This document shows, piece after piece, positions 59,162 through 64,000 of a stretch of 64,000 nt of DNA. The notes beneath the pieces are model-generated. The model did not search any database and was not told the DNA's origin. It saw nothing but the letters and a program-made list of their open reading frames with translations. Origin of the DNA: Bacteroidota bacterium (lineage in GTDB: Bacteria > Bacteroidota > Bacteroidia > Bacteroidales > CAIWKO01); the NCBI GenBank assembly GCA_037128515.1, contig JBAXWF010000002.1, positions 49,586-113,585 of the forward strand, given 5' to 3'. A program made the position numbers and the translations under genes. The stretch's first letter is position 1; each line of letters starts with the position of its first letter.

Positions 59162-60298
59162 TCAATGTGTAGGCTGTGTAGTATTTTGATTGGTGTCAGG
59201 TGTTGTCGCTGCTGGTTTTTCAACAGTGCCCTGTATGGTTAACATAACGGATGAATTTGCTGGATCGTTACAAGTAACGGTAATATTTTTATACTGTTTA
59301 CCTTCTTTTCCTGCTGTGTTGAATGTTGCATTTATTTTGCTGCTTTCACCTGGTTTCAATAAAGTCTTTTCAGGATTAGTTGCTGTGCATCCGCATGAAG
59401 CTTTTACCTTGCGAATTGTCAAATCGCTTTTTCCCTCATTTGTGAATGTAAAGGTGCATTCAACTTTATCGCCTTGTTTTGCTGTTCCAAAATCGAATGA
59501 AGGACTTTCAAATTTTATTTTTGGAGCATCAGCAAGTTGTTGAGGAGTTAGTTTCGAAAAATCTTCAACAATATTCATGCTGATATTTAAATTTTTATCA
59601 GGCTGCAAGCTATCGTTTGTTTGCAACAACATTCTGTCATAAATATAACCGTAATCATTTCGTTTACTAACATCATAGGTAATGATTATCAAACCGGCAG
59701 TCGATGGTTTTAATACCTCAGGAACAGCTTTAGCAGTCATATAGGTTTGTAAATCTTTAAACCCAATATTCATGGGTTTGTTCCAACTGTTATATATTTT
59801 CAATGTATCACTTCGTACTTCTGTATTCTTTGCATTTGAGAAATTAAATTGTGATGTAACCATTCGCAAATTCCCAATAGTTATGGGATACAAATCAGTT
59901 ACCGCTTTTGGTTTTGGCGTAACATTGCCTTTTATTGTTAGTGTAACAACCGATTGTGCAACATCGTTCGAAGTTATGGTGATACCTTTACTAAAAACTC
60001 CGGGGCGTTGTGTTGGATCAAATTCTGCATCAATATATCCAGTTTTTTTTGGCAAAACTCCTGTCTTTGTCCATTCTGAAGTAATGCAACCACAACCTGG
60101 CTTAACACTTAATATTTTCAAAGTATCATTACCATCATTCCTAAATGTAAAACGACATTTAACTTTGCCTGCCTCTTCTTTGATAGTTCCGAAATCGTTT
60201 TCGAGTTTTTCAAATTTAAGCACTGCTTTTTTTTGACCAAAGGTGTTGCCATAACAAACAAACGCAATCAAAATAGAAAGAAATAGAACTTTTTTCAT
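59162..60298 (-). CDS. DUF1573-type secreted protein (two DUF1573 domains flanking a central region)
   Basis: Signal peptide. The repeated module F.FG....G......F.F.N.G...L.I..V..SCGCT occurs at both ends. Confidence 0.8.
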   Translation of the reverse strand: MKKVLFLSILIAFVCYGNTFGQKKAVLKFEKLENDFGTIKEEAGKVKCRFTFRNDGNDTLKILSVKPGCGCITSEWTKTGVLPKKTGYIDAEFDPTQRPGVFSKGITITSNDVAQSVVTLTIKGNVTPKPKAVTDLYPITIGNLRMVTSQFNFSNAKNTEVRSDTLKIYNSWNKPMNIGFKDLQTYMTAKAVPEVLKPSTAGLIIITYDVSKRNDYGYIYDRMLLQTNDSLQPDKNLNISMNIVEDFSKLTPQQLADAPKIKFESPSFDFGTAKQGDKVECTFTFTNEGKSDLTIRKVKASCGCTATNPEKTLLKPGESSKINATFNTAGKEGKQYKNITVTCNDPANSSVMLTIQGTVEKPAATTPDTNQNTTQPTH

Positions 60299-60370
60299 AA
60301 AAGATTAATTTTAAGATTAAACAATAAAAGATTTTGCAAATTTACAAAGATAAACGTGTGCCATAAAAAA

Positions 60371-60886
60371 TTATTGGGTATTTGTGCAAATTTCTTTAAA
60401 TCCGTTGGCAATTATTTTATTTAGTTCAACGGTATCTCTTGAACAATCACACAGGTAGATTTCCAATACTGGATTAAAATCAATAATCATTTTTATTAAA
60501 CTTTCGGCTGTTGGCGTAGTTCCAAGCTTACTGTATTCTTCATACGAATAGTGTAAAAACGCCACATTTTTATTTATCCCTCTGTTATCTAGCAAATAAC
60601 CTTTTTTTAATCGTGTTGGATATGCCAATGATCCGTTATACGAAACATCCTTTACATCTGGGTACGAAACGATCTTCGTTTTATTTTCAGAAAGTATTAC
60701 GGGTACATTGTTGAAATAATCTGAGGTAGTTTTATAAATCACAACTTTCGGGCGTGAAATTCTATAGCCATTTGTTTTATTTATTTGGGTATTCTTTTCA
60801 ATGCTTTTACAACCCAAAAATAATTGAAAAATAACCACCATGCTAAAAGCAAAATAACCAGAAAAGCTAAAGGTTTTTTTATGCAT
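60371..60886 (-). CDS. hypothetical lipoprotein
   Basis: Signal peptide plus lipobox (LFLGC). Confidence 0.65.
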   Translation of the reverse strand: MHKKTFSFSGYFAFSMVVIFQLFLGCKSIEKNTQINKTNGYRISRPKVVIYKTTSDYFNNVPVILSENKTKIVSYPDVKDVSYNGSLAYPTRLKKGYLLDNRGINKNVAFLHYSYEEYSKLGTTPTAESLIKMIIDFNPVLEIYLCDCSRDTVELNKIIANGFKEICTNTQ

Positions 60887-60956
60887 AGTTTCTATCTTTT
60901 GAATTGCTTGCTTGCATTGCAGTTATTATGCCAAACAAAAAGTAAATAATATTTTA

Positions 60957-60964
60957 TACTTTTG
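60957..60964 (+). promoter_or_regulatory. candidate -7 box TACTTTTG for cysC-cysD-cysN
   Basis: TAnnTTTG match, 28 nt upstream of ATG 60992. Confidence 0.4.
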
Positions 60965-60991
60965 CACCTTGAACCCGAAAGTTGATTATTG

Positions 60992-61615
60992 ATGAAGATG
61001 CGGATACTAACCGATTTTAATAGTTATATACGTCGAAACCGTAAACGTTTTTTAGTGCGTCAGGACCCCAAGGTTATTTGGTTAACTGGCTTGTCCGGTG
61101 CAGGCAAAACTACGATTGCGGTTGCTTTAGAAAAAGAAATTCAGCGCAAAGGCTATTTTACCAAGACATTTGATGGTGACATTATCCGCAATGGAATTAA
61201 CAAGGATTTGGGGTTTTCAGATGCCGACCGCATGGAAAATATCCGCCGAACCGCCGAAATTGCTCGACTCTTTGTCGATCACGGCTTGGTCGTAATTTGT
61301 AGCTTCATTTCTCCGCAAAAAGCAATGCGCGATTTAGCACGTGAGATTATCGGTAAAGAAAAATTTATTGAAGTTTTTGTCGATTGCCCTTTGGCAGTCT
61401 GCGAACAGCGCGATGTAAAAGGCTTGTACAAAAAAGCCCGGGCTGGCATGATTAAAGATTTTACCGGTATTGGTTCCCTATACGAAAACCCGGAACATGC
61501 CGATATTGTTTTACGCACCGACTTATGGACCATAAAAAAAACAGCAAAATACCTCATGCGTAAAATTTTACCTCAAATAAGATATCAAAAAAGAAAATGG
61601 TTAACTATCATTTAA
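60992..61615 (+). CDS. cysC: adenylyl-sulfate kinase
   Basis: Motif VIWLTGLSGAGKTT...DGDIIRNGINKDLGFSDADRMENIRR. Confidence 0.92.
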   Translation: MKMRILTDFNSYIRRNRKRFLVRQDPKVIWLTGLSGAGKTTIAVALEKEIQRKGYFTKTFDGDIIRNGINKDLGFSDADRMENIRRTAEIARLFVDHGLVVICSFISPQKAMRDLAREIIGKEKFIEVFVDCPLAVCEQRDVKGLYKKARAGMIKDFTGIGSLYENPEHADIVLRTDLWTIKKTAKYLMRKILPQIRYQKRKWLTII

Positions 61616-62502
61616 ATCATATTAAGCTGCTCGAAGCCGAATCCATCTTTATTATTCGCGAAGTGGCCGCGCAGTTCGAGCGCCCGGCATTGTTGTTTTC
61701 CGGTGGAAAAGATTCTATTGTCATGTTGCATTTGGCACGCAAGGCTTTTTGGCCAGCACCAATTCCATTCCCATTAATGCACATCGATACGGGTCATAAT
61801 TTTGTTGAAACCTTGGTATATCGCGATGAGTTGGTCGAAAAAATTGGAGCTCGGTTAATAGTGGGTTCTGTGCAGGAAGCTATCGATAAGGGCCGCGTAA
61901 CCGAAGAAACAGGAATCAATGCCAGTCGCAATATATTGCAAACTGTTTCTTTGCTCGACGCTATTGAAATAAATAAAATAGATGTGGCAATGGGTGGCGC
62001 AAGGCGCGACGAAGAAAAAGCACGCGCTAAAGAACGCTTCTTTTCCCATCGCGATGAGTTTGGGCAATGGGACCCCAAAAATCAACGACCCGAATTGTGG
62101 AATCTTTTCAACGGCAAAAAACGTATAGGCGAGCATTTTCGAGTTTTTCCACTTAGCAATTGGACAGAAATGGATATCTGGCAATATATTTATCACGAGC
62201 AAATTGAAATACCTTCTTTATATTTTTCCCACGATCGCCAGTGTTTTATTCGCGACGGGGTAATCTACGCTTTTTCCGATTTTATGAAATTGAAACCTAC
62301 CGAAACAGTCGAAAACATGCATGTGCGATTCAGAACCATTGGCGATATGACTTGCACTGGGGCAACCCTGTCGCATGCCAACAATTTGCAAGATATTATT
62401 GCCGAAGTGGCTGCAACTCGCGTAACCGAGCGCGGAAGCCGTATCGACGATAAACGTTCGGAAGCAGCCATGGAAGACCGAAAAAAAGAAGGATATTTTT
62501 AA
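61597..62502 (+). CDS. cysD: sulfate adenylyltransferase subunit 2
   Basis: PAPS-reductase-like fold motif LLFSGGKDS. 301 aa. Overlaps cysC by 19 nt. Confidence 0.93.
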   Translation: MVNYHLNHIKLLEAESIFIIREVAAQFERPALLFSGGKDSIVMLHLARKAFWPAPIPFPLMHIDTGHNFVETLVYRDELVEKIGARLIVGSVQEAIDKGRVTEETGINASRNILQTVSLLDAIEINKIDVAMGGARRDEEKARAKERFFSHRDEFGQWDPKNQRPELWNLFNGKKRIGEHFRVFPLSNWTEMDIWQYIYHEQIEIPSLYFSHDRQCFIRDGVIYAFSDFMKLKPTETVENMHVRFRTIGDMTCTGATLSHANNLQDIIAEVAATRVTERGSRIDDKRSEAAMEDRKKEGYF

Positions 62503-62524
62503 ACTGGCAACTTGTAACTTCACT

Positions 62525-63799
62525 ATGGCAACAAATGTAAAAGATGGATACCTCGATATGGAACTGCTTCGTTTCACCACTGCCGGCAGTGTGGATGATG
62601 GCAAAAGCACGTTAATCGGACGATTGTTATACGACTCCAAGTCTATTTTCGAAGACCAATACAACGCTATCAAGCAAGCAAGCGAACAACGCGGCGAAAC
62701 CCAAGTAAATTTGGCATTGCTAACCGATGGCTTGCGAGCCGAACGCGAACAAGGTATCACAATTGATGTAGCCTATCGCTATTTCGCAACCCCAAAACGA
62801 AAATTCATTATTGCCGATACACCGGGACACATTCAATATACCCGAAATATGGTAACAGGGGCTTCAACCGCAAATTTGGCACTCATTTTAATTGATGCCC
62901 GAAAAGGAGTAATCGAGCAATCCCGTCGCCATTCCTTCATTGCTTCTTTATTAAAAATTCCGCATGTGGTCGTGTGCATCAACAAAATGGATTTGGTCGA
63001 TTATTCCGAAACCGTTTTCGAACAAATTAAAAAAGACTATAAAAACTTTGCCACAAAACTTGAAGTTCACGACATTCGTTTTATTCCTATCAGTGCGTTA
63101 AAAGGAGATAATGTCGTCACTTCGTCCCAAAATATGCCATGGTACAAAGACGGACCTTTGTTGCACCTTTTAGAAACCATCCACATCAGCAGCGACGAAA
63201 ACCTCGTCGATTGCCGCTTTCCCGTCCAATATGTCATTCGGCCAAACAACAACCAGTATCACGATTTTCGAGGTTATGCAGGTAGGGTGGCTAGTGGCAT
63301 TTTCAAAAAAGGCGACAAAGTATTAATTCTGCCATCAGGATTTTCAACCACCATAAAAGAAATCCAGTCCTTCGACGGACTCGTCCAAGAAGCTTTTTCG
63401 CCCATGTCCGTCACTATTTTGTTAAACGACGACATCGATATTAGTCGCGGCGATATGATTGTCCGCGAAAACAATCTGCCCACAACAGCACAAGATTTTG
63501 ATGTCATGCTTTGCTGGATGAACGAAAAAAAACTCCTCAACGGTGGCAAATACACCATAAAACACACCACAAAAGATGCCCGTTGTGTCATCAAAGATAT
63601 TCGCTATAAAGTCGATATTGATACCCTCCACCGCAACGAAACCGACAAAACCGTCGGTCTCAACGATATTGCACGCGTGGCCATTCGCACCACCCAACCT
63701 TTCTTCTTCGATAAATATAAAATGAACCGAACCACAGGCAGCATCATTCTAATCGACGAAGCCACCAACGAAACCCTGGGCGCAGGCATGATAATTTAA
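62525..63799 (+). CDS. cysN: sulfate adenylyltransferase subunit 1 (GTPase)
   Basis: G-motifs GSVDDGKST, DTPGH and NKMD. 424 aa. Confidence 0.93.
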   Translation: MATNVKDGYLDMELLRFTTAGSVDDGKSTLIGRLLYDSKSIFEDQYNAIKQASEQRGETQVNLALLTDGLRAEREQGITIDVAYRYFATPKRKFIIADTPGHIQYTRNMVTGASTANLALILIDARKGVIEQSRRHSFIASLLKIPHVVVCINKMDLVDYSETVFEQIKKDYKNFATKLEVHDIRFIPISALKGDNVVTSSQNMPWYKDGPLLHLLETIHISSDENLVDCRFPVQYVIRPNNNQYHDFRGYAGRVASGIFKKGDKVLILPSGFSTTIKEIQSFDGLVQEAFSPMSVTILLNDDIDISRGDMIVRENNLPTTAQDFDVMLCWMNEKKLLNGGKYTIKHTTKDARCVIKDIRYKVDIDTLHRNETDKTVGLNDIARVAIRTTQPFFFDKYKMNRTTGSIILIDEATNETLGAGMII

Positions 63800-63827
63800 A
63801 AAAACGCAACACCAACCACCACCAAAC

Positions 63828-64000
63828 GTGAAAAACGTACTCCTCATAATAGCAAAACTCATAATATTCTGGATGCTTTTGTTCGCTGTCCAGCACACCC
63901 TATTCTTGGTTTACAATCACACCGAACTAAAACCCGTCGCCTTTTCCCAAATCCTGTGGTCCTACTACTTCGCTTTGGCCATGGATTTTTCCGCCACCTC
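63828..64000 (+). CDS. 5' end of a membrane protein ORF (runs off the window)
   Basis: GTG 63828, then hydrophobic helices (VKNVLLIIAKLIIFWMLLFAV...). Resemblance to the N-termini of LTA-synthase/sulfatase-family membrane proteins is only an impression. Confidence 0.35.
   Translation, partial: MKNVLLIIAKLIIFWMLLFAVQHTLFLVYNHTELKPVAFSQILWSYYFALAMDFSAT

Noticed and set aside
59190-60236. Plus-strand ORFs of 117 aa and 154 aa antisense to the DUF1573 gene.
   Set aside because: The minus-strand frame contains two recognisable DUF1573 modules and a signal peptide. The antisense products are Ser/Val/Phe-rich with no motif.
62218-62760. 180-aa minus-strand ORF spanning the cysD/cysN junction.
   Set aside because: Both plus-strand genes are unambiguous (PAPS-reductase-fold and GTPase motifs). 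The antisense ORF is a by-product of locally higher GC and crosses an intergenic spacer without any start context.

Overview
This is a 64-kb chromosomal segment from a low-GC, Bacteroidota-type genome. Three things support that assignment. The TAnnTTTG -7 promoter box recurs upstream of operons. The order rpsL-rpsG-fusA-rpsJ has no tuf, and secY-map-infA-rpmJ has no adk. The window also carries a Rho with a large N-terminal insertion, an S46 peptidase and a DUF1573 protein.

Layout:
- 1-11.3 kb: respiratory and nitrosative-stress genes (cydAB plus a small ORF, an Rrf2 regulator, a ferredoxin-like gene, hcp), then ilvE, a TetR/KAS-III pair, a radical-SAM gene, a lipoprotein and a saccharopine-dehydrogenase-like gene.
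- 11.4-20.8 kb: accessory region. It holds an IS200/RAYT-like HUH gene with a perfect 36-bp palindrome inside the ORF, a GC-rich orphan gene and a 750-bp non-coding gap. These are followed by an AT-rich array of nine same-strand genes: two orphans, a GxxExxY PD-(D/E)XK gene bracketed by hairpin and 9-mer repeats, an OmpA-family gene, a DUF2130 gene and three tandem small paralogs.
- 20.8-41.5 kb: a UvrD/PcrA-type helicase and the complete str-S10-spc-alpha ribosomal cluster.
- 41.5-64 kb: eno, MTAP, a secreted HExxH protein, cysH, an MBL hydrolase, an S46 peptidase, a CcmF-type heme lyase, a hydrolase, a lone ABC permease, rho, DUF1573 and cysC-cysD-cysN.

No rRNA, tRNA or CRISPR array was seen.

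Two genes, a 4Fe-4S ferredoxin-like gene and rpmJ, are each broken by an apparent single-A deletion. This may reflect homopolymer assembly error rather than biology.

The most unusual signals are the in-ORF palindrome of the HUH gene, the repeat-bracketed GxxExxY cassette, the cassette-like junction motifs of the island, and the DUF2130 plus triple-paralog operon. I found no complete, recognisable defence or mobile system. All functional calls come from reading the translations, not from database searches.
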